Below are positions 23,947 through 34,073 of a stretch of 64,000 nt of DNA, piece by piece; position 1 is the first letter of the stretch; each line of letters starts with the position of its first letter. The stretch is taken from the NCBI GenBank assembly GCA_965207475.1, contig OZ242278.1, positions 74,748 through 138,747 on the forward strand, read 5' to 3'. This DNA is from Gammaproteobacteria bacterium. GTDB taxonomy: Bacteria > Pseudomonadota > Gammaproteobacteria > UBA4575. A model generated the notes under the pieces. That model was given only the letters and a program-made list of their open reading frames with translations, searched no databases and had not been told where the DNA came from. The position numbers and the translations under genes are program-made.

Positions 23947-26475
23947 ATGATGCTTCACAAACTTGTGAGAACCCCACTGTATGCTGTTATACAGCATCCA
24001 TATCTCATCATTCTGAGTATTCTGGTCTTTGTAATCGCTGTAACACCGCATATCAGAAATCTCTACATTGACGCTTCAGCTGATTCGCTGATGCTGGAAA
24101 ATGATCCTGATCTTGAGTATTACCGGGAAGTGCATCGTCACTTTGGGTTGGATGATTTTATTGTTGTCGGGTTTAAGCCTCATACTGGCATTCTGGACGA
24201 GAGCACAATCAGTTTGGTTGACAGCCTTTCAAGGCAGTTTGAGCAAATCGAGGGCATTGCCGATGTAATTTCTATTGTCAGTGTTCCATTGCTCACACAA
24301 CCTCAAGAGGACGAGGACACGGGTGAAATTACTTATCCGACCTTACTGTCTCCACAAGTGGATGTGAACAAGGCGTTTCAGGAATTTACTACCAGCCCGC
24401 TGTATGTCGAAAATCTCGTAAGTAAAGATCTCAGTCTGACTGCCCTGCAGGTAGCCGTTGAGAAGAACGAGAAACTTGCAAGTTTACTGGAACGGAAATT
24501 TACCCTGATAGAAAAGAGCAATAGCGGGTTTCTGAATGAGGAGGAACAGTCCGAGCTAGAGTCAATCAGGCAGGAGGTCAGCACTCAGAAAAAGCTTAAC
24601 AGTGAGAGATTTGAACAGATTCTTACCTCAGTACGGACTGTACTTTCCAGTATCGAAAAAGAGGGCAAGTATTTTCTGGCAGGTACACCTTTGATTATCA
24701 ATGATGTGAAAGTATTTGCCATGAATGATCTGGAAACATTCGGTATTGCTATTGCAGCAATCATGGTAATTGTGTTGTTTGTATTTTTCAGGAATCCGGC
24801 CTGGATTTTCCTTGCATTGACATGTGCCGTATTAAATGTGTTGATTGTTTCCGGGATAGTCGGTCTGCTCGGGTATCAGCTAACAGTAATTTCATCAAAC
24901 TTTATTGCATTACTTATTATATTTTCTATCGCTTTGTCTATACATGTCATTATCCGTTATCAGGAGGTCCAGTCACTTAATCCGGACGAGAGTGTAGAGG
25001 AAAATACGAAATCAGCAGTTTTGCAGATTGTTACTCCATGCTTTTACATGGTGTTGACTTCAGCCGTGGCATTTTTTTCATTGACACTGAGTGACATCAG
25101 GCCTGTTATTACATTTGGCTATATGATGGTATTTGGCCTTGTTAGTGCATTTGTTCTTACATTCACTGTGTTACCTGCACTTATCAGAATGATCTCACCT
25201 AAACCCAGAAAATTTCGCAAGGATACTTCGTCAGCATTTCTAGACAGAGTGCTTCACCTGGTCATGGGACACAAAAAATCAGCAGTAGCCGTATTGATAG
25301 TGATGTTCCTGGTAAGCATGGCAGGAATCAGTCAGCTTACAGTAGAAAACAGGTTTATAGACTACTTCAAGAAGTCCACAGATATCTATCAGGGGCTTGA
25401 AATTATAGATTTAGAACTGGGTGGCACCGTGCCGCTGGAGGTTATGCTTGAGTTTACTCCAGGTCCTGAAGAAAAATTAACTGAGGATGATGAGGTTGAT
25501 GAGTTTGATGACTATTTGGCAGAACTTGAGGATACTCAAGATGACTTTACGGCTAAGAGCTACTGGTACAATCGCAGCGGCATAAAACAAATAGAAAAGG
25601 TACATGATTACCTGGAAAGTCTACCCCAGGTTGGGAAAGTCCTGTCGCTTTCTAGTATAGAGGAAGTGTTCCGTACCGTGAACGATGGCGAGTCTTTGGA
25701 AGACTTTCATCTTTCACTGATTTTTTCAAAAATACCAGAGGATATGAAACAGTCCATAATCTTCCCTTACGTCTCGGTCGAGGGAAATCAAGCAAGAATA
25801 CTAGCGCGCATCAAAGATTCAGACCCCTCGCTAGTAAGAAACGATTTGTTGAATAAAATTCGCGCAGACATCCATGGCAGTTTCATCAGAGATAATGAGG
25901 AGGTAAAGCTAACCGGGGTCAGTGTGCTTTACAACAATCTCCTGCAAAGCCTGTTCCGTTCCCAGATTCTGACGCTAGGCACAGTGTTTGCCTGCATTTT
26001 CATTGTGTTGGCCGTGTTATTTCGTAGTCTGAAACTGGCACTGGTAGGTGCCTTGCCTAATGCATTTACTGTTCTGTTCATACTGGGTCTTATAGGTCTT
26101 GTAGGGATTCCGCTTGATATCATGACAATCACAACTGCAGCAATAACTGTTGGGGTAGGTGTAGACTACGCAATTCACTATATTCATAGGTACAAAAGAG
26201 AATATGCGCAGGTGGGTGACCACTATAAAGCCTTGCGTACAGCGCAAACAACAGTAGGCAAGGCGCTTTATTTTACTTCCATTACGATAGCGTTAGGCTT
26301 TCTTATCCTAGTCCTGTCCAATTTCATACCTTCTATCTATTTTGGACTTCTTACAAGCCTTGCCATGCTGATTGCCCTTTTTGCAACTTTCAGTGTAATT
26401 CCTTTATTACTAGCGGCAACGCCCACACAGCCTTTCAAAAATTTCCTGAAGCCTGATTTTGCCCAGCAAGGATAG
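23947..26475 (+). CDS. RND-superfamily exporter (MMPL/COG1033-type, 12-TM with two large loops)
   Basis: 842 aa. Two blocks of about six hydrophobic helices, each preceded by a large soluble loop. N-terminus typical of 'predicted RND exporters'. Acidic insert EEKLTEDDEVDEFDDYLAELEDTQDD. Confidence 0.75.
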   Translation: MMLHKLVRTPLYAVIQHPYLIILSILVFVIAVTPHIRNLYIDASADSLMLENDPDLEYYREVHRHFGLDDFIVVGFKPHTGILDESTISLVDSLSRQFEQIEGIADVISIVSVPLLTQPQEDEDTGEITYPTLLSPQVDVNKAFQEFTTSPLYVENLVSKDLSLTALQVAVEKNEKLASLLERKFTLIEKSNSGFLNEEEQSELESIRQEVSTQKKLNSERFEQILTSVRTVLSSIEKEGKYFLAGTPLIINDVKVFAMNDLETFGIAIAAIMVIVLFVFFRNPAWIFLALTCAVLNVLIVSGIVGLLGYQLTVISSNFIALLIIFSIALSIHVIIRYQEVQSLNPDESVEENTKSAVLQIVTPCFYMVLTSAVAFFSLTLSDIRPVITFGYMMVFGLVSAFVLTFTVLPALIRMISPKPRKFRKDTSSAFLDRVLHLVMGHKKSAVAVLIVMFLVSMAGISQLTVENRFIDYFKKSTDIYQGLEIIDLELGGTVPLEVMLEFTPGPEEKLTEDDEVDEFDDYLAELEDTQDDFTAKSYWYNRSGIKQIEKVHDYLESLPQVGKVLSLSSIEEVFRTVNDGESLEDFHLSLIFSKIPEDMKQSIIFPYVSVEGNQARILARIKDSDPSLVRNDLLNKIRADIHGSFIRDNEEVKLTGVSVLYNNLLQSLFRSQILTLGTVFACIFIVLAVLFRSLKLALVGALPNAFTVLFILGLIGLVGIPLDIMTITTAAITVGVGVDYAIHYIHRYKREYAQVGDHYKALRTAQTTVGKALYFTSITIALGFLILVLSNFIPSIYFGLLTSLAMLIALFATFSVIPLLLAATPTQPFKNFLKPDFAQQG

Positions 26476-27148
26476 GGATACTCCTTCGAACCTTCATGAA
26501 AGTGTTTCTGTCAATATAACCAGTCCTTTCTTTTCTTGAACAAAGTGCAGTACGAAACCCTATGTAATGTGGGTCAGCCTTAATGAGTTCGGGTATATCT
26601 TCTATTGTCAGTGAGCCTGCAAGTCCTGTAAGAAGGCCTTTTTGCCTGGAGTGATTCACAAACTGCTTAAGATGCTGAAGATTTACATGCTTTAACAGGC
26701 TGCCCGATCCCTTACGTGCAGTATCCAGCATAACTCCTTTCAAGCCGGCATGCTTTACGTCATCAATAGTGCTGCCTAAGTCAGAATTCAAGTCAGCGAA
26801 CATTACAGCAATGATGGAGATCCCTCTGCTAGCACAAGAGGCGAGGCGAGGAAGGCAGCTTTCTAAATGGTGTTTGCTGAACATGCCGACCTTCACATAG
26901 TCGACACCAGTTTCAGCAGTTTTCAAAATCTGCTCTTCAATGGTAGCAGCGTCAGCAGGCAAGTCACCAGTTGTTGCGCTGATCAGGCATTTTTCCCACA
27001 GGGTATCGACAATGCAGTGCATCATATCAAGTGGAATAGCACCTAGCGCCCCATGCTTTGGCTCCTTAAGGTCTATAATATCTGCTCCACATTCATAAAC
27101 CACTTTTGCTTCTTCCAGATTACGAACACTTGCGAGCATACCTGTCAT
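26435..27148 (-). CDS. mfnB: (5-formylfuran-3-yl)methyl phosphate synthase (methanofuran biosynthesis)
   Basis: 237 aa. 'MLASVRNLEEAKVVYECGADIIDLKEPKHGALGA' is typical of MfnB/DUF556. Its 3' end overlaps the convergent exporter gene by 41 nt. Confidence 0.8.
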   Translation of the reverse strand: MTGMLASVRNLEEAKVVYECGADIIDLKEPKHGALGAIPLDMMHCIVDTLWEKCLISATTGDLPADAATIEEQILKTAETGVDYVKVGMFSKHHLESCLPRLASCASRGISIIAVMFADLNSDLGSTIDDVKHAGLKGVMLDTARKGSGSLLKHVNLQHLKQFVNHSRQKGLLTGLAGSLTIEDIPELIKADPHYIGFRTALCSRKERTGYIDRNTFMKVRRSIPILAGQNQASGNF

Positions 27149-27723
27149 TAGGACTCTCCTTCTTGTGACTTATGGAAACCGGAGACTTTCAGCATCAACC
27201 AGTTCCATGCTTCCCGCTCCCGCGGTCCAGCGGTTTTCTCAATTTTGGGTTTAAGATAGTCTATTTCATGATTGATTTTTTCAATGTCCAGCATATGTAA
27301 TCGACTGACCAGAATTGCAAGCTCGATTACTGCAAACTGCGCGCGGTTGTAACCATGAAAAGGAGCATGAATAGCTTCGTGAACAACTTTGCAGAAATAT
27401 TTAGGTCGGACCTGGTCATCAGTTTTTTGAATTACCTCTACTTCCGTATGTGAGATGCAGTTTGCTAGACGTTCCCCTTGAATAATTTTAGTAGTACGGG
27501 TTGGCCAGTCGTTGTGACCCGTTAAACAACCGGCATAAACGCGCACATCATCAGTGTAGTTGAGAGTCGCTGTTCCTTGGCTTTCCAGGTTATCCAGAGT
27601 TATAGACGGCTTGAATGGCAGTATGACAAGATGCGCTTCGTATTCATGTATTCCCATAGGAGCGGCATGGACATTCCCACCTGTGTCTAACGTAGTAAGA
27701 ATGCACTCCCTTACAAATGGCAT
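27148..27723 (-). CDS. DUF447-family protein of the H4MPT island
   Basis: 191 aa. N-terminus MPFVRECILTTLDTGGNVHAAPMGI. Tightly coupled to the flanking genes, with a 1-nt overlap with mfnB. Confidence 0.6.
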   Translation of the reverse strand: MPFVRECILTTLDTGGNVHAAPMGIHEYEAHLVILPFKPSITLDNLESQGTATLNYTDDVRVYAGCLTGHNDWPTRTTKIIQGERLANCISHTEVEVIQKTDDQVRPKYFCKVVHEAIHAPFHGYNRAQFAVIELAILVSRLHMLDIEKINHEIDYLKPKIEKTAGPREREAWNWLMLKVSGFHKSQEGES

Positions 27724-27725
27724 AC

Positions 27726-29150
27726 CTAGTTTCTGTTCCTGTTCTTGAGTTTGGCTTTTCGAGCTTTACGAGTGTGCATGGTTGGGCCTGAAGGTTTTAA
27801 CTGAGTCAAGTCTTGCTTTTCCTTCCGTATTGCTACGCCCCATTCCAGTTCTTCATCCTGCTCATACCTCTTTCCTAGTTGCCAGGCTACATGCGCACGG
27901 GCATGTTCAACACCAAGATAAAATGCATGGCCGGTATCGTTTTCTATATTCAGGTGAGGATAAATCTCGTAAGGGTCAGTTGTGGTATTCATGCCATCCC
28001 TGTTATATGTGTGGATGCCTTCCTTGCTGACTTGTATTCGGTAATTTGGGTCTTTGACTCCAGCAGCAAATTCCTTGATTTCCTCCATGCTGTATGGGAA
28101 AGGGTCACATTCATGCAGTCCCATGAGCCCATGATTGTAGCCTTTCGGCGGGACATTATCGATTTTTGAAGCATGCATTATACGTCTAGCCAAATCTGCT
28201 TCACGCACGGCACATCGGCAATGCCCGCTGACTTCCGTGGTTAGCAAGTGCTGAATTGCCAACTCTGAAATCAGTCCTGCTAGCATGGCATTGGTGCCTG
28301 CAGAATCAGCGTGGGTAAGCTCAGTGAGATTTCCAATTCCCATTATTATTTCGATTTCAGGGTAACGTTTGCGTAGGTTTCGGTACCGGACGATGGATTC
28401 CGTGAATCCGAAATGTATCGGGTCAAGGATAGCGTCTGCAATGAACCTCCGGTTCATCCCGAAGAGCTTTTCGATTGCCCTGTACAAGGACCTGGTGTTA
28501 CCGGGAGGACTGCCTATGACAATGGGTACAGAATCTACTTTATCCATAATCCATAGGCTTTCTTCACTCAGGCTTAGGAGGTAATCCGCACCGGCAGTTC
28601 CGCCCATGACTAGGTCTTCCGGTGCCAGTGAGTCCACACTGACCATGAAGTTTTCTGATTTTAATGCTTGAACAGCCTCTCTTAGGTGAGGGAATTTGGT
28701 TCCTGGCAGGCAGCCAACGTCAATGACATCCGCACCGTCCTGCCTATAGATATTTGCACGCTGTATGATTTCATCTACGGACATGCTGGGGGCGTCAACA
28801 ATTTCCGCAAAAATCTGTACGTCATGTATATTCAAATCAGCTTTTTTCTCCACTTGGCCGAGATAGGCAGGTAAATCTTTAAGTTCATTCGGCCCTCGCT
28901 CGACTGGGACCCCTAAAACCTTTGAGAGGCTCTCAATATCACCTCTGCAGCGTCCGGGAATTACGATTCGGCTGGTATTTCCGATATTCATCAAGCGATT
29001 TTCAATAATGTGTGTTGTCATCAATGCTGCCACGCTGACTCCCATCTGGCGCACATCGTAAGTAAAATTCGCTGGCTGGATGGATTGTAAAACGCGACAC
29101 AGGCTCTTTTCTGCAAGCTTTCCCGTCAGAAATAAAATATGTTCGCTCAT
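27726..29150 (-). CDS. Dihydropteroate-synthase-like pterin-binding protein (H4MPT biosynthesis)
   Basis: 474 aa. The central region 'GADVIDVGCLPG' and 'SVDSLAPEDL' resembles a DHPS pterin-binding barrel. Sits first in the operon with DUF447 and mfnB. Confidence 0.7.
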   Translation of the reverse strand: MSEHILFLTGKLAEKSLCRVLQSIQPANFTYDVRQMGVSVAALMTTHIIENRLMNIGNTSRIVIPGRCRGDIESLSKVLGVPVERGPNELKDLPAYLGQVEKKADLNIHDVQIFAEIVDAPSMSVDEIIQRANIYRQDGADVIDVGCLPGTKFPHLREAVQALKSENFMVSVDSLAPEDLVMGGTAGADYLLSLSEESLWIMDKVDSVPIVIGSPPGNTRSLYRAIEKLFGMNRRFIADAILDPIHFGFTESIVRYRNLRKRYPEIEIIMGIGNLTELTHADSAGTNAMLAGLISELAIQHLLTTEVSGHCRCAVREADLARRIMHASKIDNVPPKGYNHGLMGLHECDPFPYSMEEIKEFAAGVKDPNYRIQVSKEGIHTYNRDGMNTTTDPYEIYPHLNIENDTGHAFYLGVEHARAHVAWQLGKRYEQDEELEWGVAIRKEKQDLTQLKPSGPTMHTRKARKAKLKNRNRN

Positions 29151-29333
29151 GCCTTTAAATTTGAATTTCGACCATGCTGATTGTCAATATCGAGTATATA
29201 TTACATTCAGGCGCATCCTACGATTTGGAGTGGTTTTGCTATAGTGCCGTTCTCATATCCAAAATCGCTGGTATCTACTGCTGGTAATACTTATGCGGTA
29301 TCATACGCGCCTTAATTTATCCTGGATATCAAT

Positions 29334-30429
29334 ATGGAAGTCAGTTCATTACACAGCATAATCGAAGACTTAAGGGTGCGTGTTACCAATTTAAGGGGGT
29401 ACCTTTGACTATGATGACAAGCAAGCGCGTCTGCAAGAAGTCTGTCTGGAATTGGAAAGCCCTGAAATTTGGAATCAGCCGGAGACAGTACAGAAGCTAA
29501 GCAAGCAGCGTGCAGAACTTGAGAGAGTCGTAGAAGCAATCAAGGGAGCTGTGGCAGGAATAAGTGATGCTGAAACCCTGCTCGCACTGGCAGCAGATGA
29601 AAATGACCAAGAGACGGTACAGTCTATTACAGATGACCTCTCAAACTTGGAGTCAAAGGTTTCTGAGCTTGAATTCCACCGGATGTTTTCCGGCGAAATG
29701 GATCAAGGTAATGCCTTTCTCGATATTCAATCCGGGTCAGGTGGCACAGAAGCGCAAGACTGGGCCGAGATGTTATTGCGCATGTACCTGCGCTGGGGGG
29801 AACGCAAGAATTTCAAAAGCGAGTTGATTGAGGTATCTCCGGGTGAGGTGGCAGGAATCAAAAGCGCAACAATCAGGTTTGAAGGGGACTACGCATTTGG
29901 TTGGCTGCGAACTGAAACAGGTGTGCATCGTTTAGTACGCAAATCACCATTTGATTCAGGGAACCGCAGGCACACCTCTTTTGCAGCTGTCTTTGTATCA
30001 CCTGAAGTCGATGATGATATCGAAATCGATATTAATCCTGCAGATTTGAGAATTGATGTTTATCGTGCTAGTGGAGCAGGTGGTCAACATGTGAACAAAA
30101 CCGAGTCTGCAGTGCGAATTACCCATTTGCCTACAGGGGTTGTCACGCAATGTCAGAATGACCGTTCAAAGCACAGGAACATGGATACTGCAATGAAACA
30201 GCTCAAAGCCAAATTATATGAGATGGAGTATAAAAAGCGTGAAGGGGAAAGGAAGGCTGTAGAGGATAGCAAGTCAGACATAGGGTGGGGCAGCCAGATT
30301 CGATCCTATGTTTTGGATCAATCCCGCATCAAGGATTTGCGCACTGCTGTGGAGACAGGTAACACGCAGTCTGTTCTAGACGGCAATCTAGACAGTTTTA
30401 TTGAAGCAAGCCTGAAAAGTGGGTTGTAA
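29334..30429 (+). CDS. prfB: Peptide chain release factor 2, expressed through a programmed +1 frameshift (29334..29405 joined to 29407..30429)
   Basis: Frame 0 reads ATG 29334 ... AGG GGG TAC CTT TGA C. The +1 frame continues [12 protein letters not shown].... SPF and GGQ motifs are present ([17 protein letters not shown]). Confidence 0.95.
29394..29409 (+). other. RF2 autoregulatory +1 frameshift site (AGGGGG TAC CTT TGA C)
   Basis: An internal SD-like AGGGGG lies 3 nt before the slippery CTT and the in-frame TGA followed by C. Confidence 0.9.
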
Positions 30430-30434
30430 AAATC

Positions 30435-31937
30435 ATGTCAGATAAAAAAAGTTTTCATGATGAGAGCAGGCTAATAGCACAAAGGCGTGCAAAACTTGAA
30501 TCACTTAGGCTAAAAGGTGTTGCCTTTCCAAACCGCTTTCGCCGGGACAGCTATGCCCAAGACCTTCAGGAAAACTTTCATGGCAGGTCCAGAGACGAGC
30601 TGACGGAATCGAATCATTGTGTAGCAGTAGGTGGTCGAATCATGGCGATACGAAGCTCATTCCTGGTGCTGCAAGACATGACAGGGCGTATACAGGCTTA
30701 CATTGATCGTAAAAATTCCGAGGAATCTCTAGTTAATGATACGGACACTTGGGATGTTGGCGATATCGTAGGTATCACTGGGCCTGTACAAAAGTCCAAA
30801 AAAGGTGATTTATACGTGAGGGTTCAGTCTGCTGTACTTCTCACAAAATCACTGCGGCCTTTACCCGAAAAATTTCATGGTCTTGTCAATCAGGAACAAA
30901 GGTATCGGCAACGATATGTTGATTTGATGATGAATGCTGATACGCGAAGTGTATTCAGAAGACGAACTGAGATACTTCAGTGTTTGAGGAGGTTCCTGGT
31001 TGATCGCAGGTTTGTTGAAGTAGAGACGCCGATGATGCAATCCATTGCCGGTGGTGCGACTGCCAGACCTTTCAAGACATATCATAATGCCTTGGGCAGA
31101 ACGCTCTATATGCGAGTGGCACCTGAATTATATTTAAAGCGTTTGGTAGTAGGGGGTATGGAACGGGTTTTTGAAATCAATCGAAATTTCCGCAACGAAG
31201 GATTATCTCCGCAGCATAATCCAGAGTTCACAATGCTTGAGTTCTATCAAGCATACTCAGATTTTCATGATCTAATGGGTCTTACTGAAGAGATGATTCG
31301 TTGGGTTTGTAATGAAGTCTTGGGTACCACATCAGTTCAGTATGGTGATGAATCTTATGACTTGGCGGATCCTTTTCCTCGCATGACAATGAAGGAATCA
31401 ATTCTGCATTTCAACACTGGTATTGTTGAGGAAGACTTGGATACTCTCAAAGGCGCAAGGTCTTTGGCCGAAGAGCTCTGTATACCTATTGAATCAAGCT
31501 ATAGGCTTGGGAAAGTGCAAGCAGAAATATTTGAGAAAACCGTTGAAGGCAAACTCAGGAACCCTACCTTCATTACAGCATTTCCTTGTGATGTTTCCCC
31601 ACTAGCACGAAGGAATGATCATGATCCATTTGTCACAGACCGCTTTGAACTCTTTGTGGGCGGTAGAGAAATTGCAAACGGATTTTCTGAACTGAATGAT
31701 CCTGAGGATCAAGCAGAACGGTTCAGGTTGCAGGCTGCAGAGAAGCAAACGGGCGATAATGAAGCCATGAGCTATGATGCAGATTATATTCGTGCACTGG
31801 AGTATGGGCTTCCTCCGGCCGCAGGTGAGGGCATAGGGGTTGATCGTTTAGTAATGTTACTGACTGGCTCCAACAATATTCGCGATGTAATCCTGTTTCC
31901 GCAAATGCGCCCGGAGTCTGGTGATCATGAAAGATAA
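30435..31937 (+). CDS. lysS: Lysine--tRNA ligase (class II)
   Basis: 500 aa. Class II motifs 'FRNEGLSPQHNPEFTMLEFYQAY' and 'GEGIGVDRLVMLL'. Classic prfB-lysS arrangement. Confidence 0.95.
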   Translation: MSDKKSFHDESRLIAQRRAKLESLRLKGVAFPNRFRRDSYAQDLQENFHGRSRDELTESNHCVAVGGRIMAIRSSFLVLQDMTGRIQAYIDRKNSEESLVNDTDTWDVGDIVGITGPVQKSKKGDLYVRVQSAVLLTKSLRPLPEKFHGLVNQEQRYRQRYVDLMMNADTRSVFRRRTEILQCLRRFLVDRRFVEVETPMMQSIAGGATARPFKTYHNALGRTLYMRVAPELYLKRLVVGGMERVFEINRNFRNEGLSPQHNPEFTMLEFYQAYSDFHDLMGLTEEMIRWVCNEVLGTTSVQYGDESYDLADPFPRMTMKESILHFNTGIVEEDLDTLKGARSLAEELCIPIESSYRLGKVQAEIFEKTVEGKLRNPTFITAFPCDVSPLARRNDHDPFVTDRFELFVGGREIANGFSELNDPEDQAERFRLQAAEKQTGDNEAMSYDADYIRALEYGLPPAAGEGIGVDRLVMLLTGSNNIRDVILFPQMRPESGDHER

Positions 31938-31995
31938 TCTTCAGCATCCGGTAGGGCAGCTTGCTGTGTAAATGTATAAGAATTACAAGCTGGAT

Positions 31996-33102
31996 TTAAA
32001 CTGATTGAACTAGAAGCGAGTAGGGCAGCTTTTGAATAGAAACGTCTGGACCTGTTGTCGATTGAATATGTAAATCCGGACTTTGGTGCATTTCTGATCG
32101 CAGCACGACCAATGCGATGGCACTGCCTTTAGATACCATCTGTGATGCTACAACTTTTCCTATGGCCTGATTTCCCGTAGTAAGGGAAAAAATGTTGGTG
32201 CCAGGCTCAGGGGCTTGGTCTGCTGTTATGGCTGCTCGGTACATACGGCGATTGGGTTTTCCTAAATAATGAGTTCGTGCAACCACTTCCTGCCCTGGAT
32301 AACAGCCTTTTGTGAAGCTTACTCCATTGACAAGTTCTAGGTTAGTCATTTGCGGAGTGAAAGTTTCCATGGTGTTTGCAGTGACCTGTGGAATGCCACT
32401 GAGAATGTCATGTTGGTCCCATACGCGATATGTCATGCATGGCAGTACATCTGAAAAACTTTTCCAGAGAGAGATAGCTCGTTCTGGAGTACAAACGAAC
32501 AATGCTCTCGTAGATACACCTGGTACACGAATTACGGTTACCCCATCATCCGTGAGGCACTCATCATCGTTTTCTGGAAAATCTATTCCCATGTGATTAA
32601 GGGCAGATTCGGTTTCTGGTCCGGCAATTCCGAACAGAACCAATTGATCTGATTTGTCAAATAATTCAACCCTGGATCTGAGTTTGTACAGAGTCAGTTT
32701 TTGCAATGCCAGTTGCAGCACGTCTTTCGGTAAAATCAGGTAATAATCCTCATCTCGTTTTAAGATCCGGAAAATGCATAATATCCTGCCCTTTGGATTG
32801 CAATAGCTGCTGAGTTGACTGAGGTGTGTAGTAACCTGATGCAGGTCATTTGTGAATTGGCTATGCAGAAAACTTTCTGTGTCGTCACCTGACGCATGAA
32901 TCAAGCCTAGATTCGTGAGTTCGCACAGGCAGGTTCGCCCCGTTTCATCACCAGGGTTTGGAAATGAAGTGAAGGAAATCACCCTGTCGTGTTCAACAAC
33001 GGCACCAGAATTTTTTAGGAGTTCAAGCCATGAGACAGTCATTGTAGTCGTCTCGGAATTTGAAAAATCATTTGCACTTAGGCTGGGTTTTGTTTTGGTC
33101 AC
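31996..33102 (-). CDS. ygfZ: Folate-binding tRNA-modification/Fe-S repair protein YgfZ
   Basis: 'FTKGCYPGQEVVARTHYLGKPNRRMY' is the signature motif. The start may be the downstream ATG at 33042. Confidence 0.8.
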   Translation of the reverse strand: MTKTKPSLSANDFSNSETTTMTVSWLELLKNSGAVVEHDRVISFTSFPNPGDETGRTCLCELTNLGLIHASGDDTESFLHSQFTNDLHQVTTHLSQLSSYCNPKGRILCIFRILKRDEDYYLILPKDVLQLALQKLTLYKLRSRVELFDKSDQLVLFGIAGPETESALNHMGIDFPENDDECLTDDGVTVIRVPGVSTRALFVCTPERAISLWKSFSDVLPCMTYRVWDQHDILSGIPQVTANTMETFTPQMTNLELVNGVSFTKGCYPGQEVVARTHYLGKPNRRMYRAAITADQAPEPGTNIFSLTTGNQAIGKVVASQMVSKGSAIALVVLRSEMHQSPDLHIQSTTGPDVSIQKLPYSLLVQSV

Positions 33103-33297
33103 GCCTCATATTGCTGAAGCAATTTGACTCCGGTCTGCACTAACTGTTTGTTATAACAAGTAATTTTCAGTGAATATGTTAAATGTACAGCTAATCAGGT
33201 AGTATTTGATGATTAGCATAAAACATTTGGATGACCTGTGTACACATGTCGCAAGCCGCTTTTTGTGTGTATTTTCCTAGGCAGAGTGCGGGAGTAA

Positions 33298-33684
33298 ATG
33301 GTGGATCAAAATAGGCCTCTCTCTCCACATTTGCAAATTTATCGATGGCCTCTCTCAATGGTCATTTCGATACTGCATCGGGTTACTGGAGTCGTTTTGG
33401 CCTTAGGAGCGGTGATGCTGGTTGTCGTACTGGTTTCAGTTGCAACCGGTCCTGAAGCCTTCGAGACGGTTAGGAATGTTGCATCGGGTACCTTGGGTCA
33501 GCTATTTCTGGTGATGTGGACTGCGGCCCTGTTTCTGCACTCGTTCAACGGACTGCGTCATCTCGTTTTCGATGCAGGCTACGGATTTGGTCTGGAAGCT
33601 AACAGGTATTCCGGGATTATAGTTTTGCTTGCAACACTGTTTTTCACAGTTGCAGTCTGGATAGTTGCCTGGTTCATCAGTTAA
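33298..33684 (+). CDS. sdhC: Succinate dehydrogenase cytochrome b556 subunit
   Basis: 128 aa. 'RPLSPHLQIYRWPLSMVISILHRVTGV'. First gene of the sdhCDAB order. Confidence 0.9.
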   Translation: MVDQNRPLSPHLQIYRWPLSMVISILHRVTGVVLALGAVMLVVVLVSVATGPEAFETVRNVASGTLGQLFLVMWTAALFLHSFNGLRHLVFDAGYGFGLEANRYSGIIVLLATLFFTVAVWIVAWFIS

Positions 33685-33687
33685 TGC

Positions 33688-34065
33688 ATGAATGTGAATA
33701 TGTTACGGCGAAATCAATTTTCCGGGATTATTCCTCTTGGCAAGGGGGCTGTTGTACATTGGTGGATGCAGCGACTTACTGCTGCAGTGTTGTTGCCGAT
33801 AGCAATTTGGTTTGCATTTGCTGTGGCCATGCTGGCAGGTGCTAGCTATGAGACTGTGGTTTCCTGGTTACAGTCACCAATTGTTACAATACTTCTGTTC
33901 CTTTTCGTAGTAGCCACTTTTTATCATATCAAGCTTGGTATGCAGGTAATAATAGAAGATTATGTAAGGGGATGGCTGAAATCAGCTTCACTGCTTATAT
34001 CAAACTTAGCCTGTATTCTGCTAACAGTTGTAGGGATTGTCGCACTCCTTAGAGTCGTGCTTTAG
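33688..34065 (+). CDS. sdhD: Succinate dehydrogenase hydrophobic membrane anchor subunit
   Basis: 125 aa with three hydrophobic helices, 'HWWMQRLTA'. Lies between sdhC and sdhA. Confidence 0.85.
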   Translation: MNVNMLRRNQFSGIIPLGKGAVVHWWMQRLTAAVLLPIAIWFAFAVAMLAGASYETVVSWLQSPIVTILLFLFVVATFYHIKLGMQVIIEDYVRGWLKSASLLISNLACILLTVVGIVALLRVVL

Positions 34066-34073
34066 AAGCTGCA

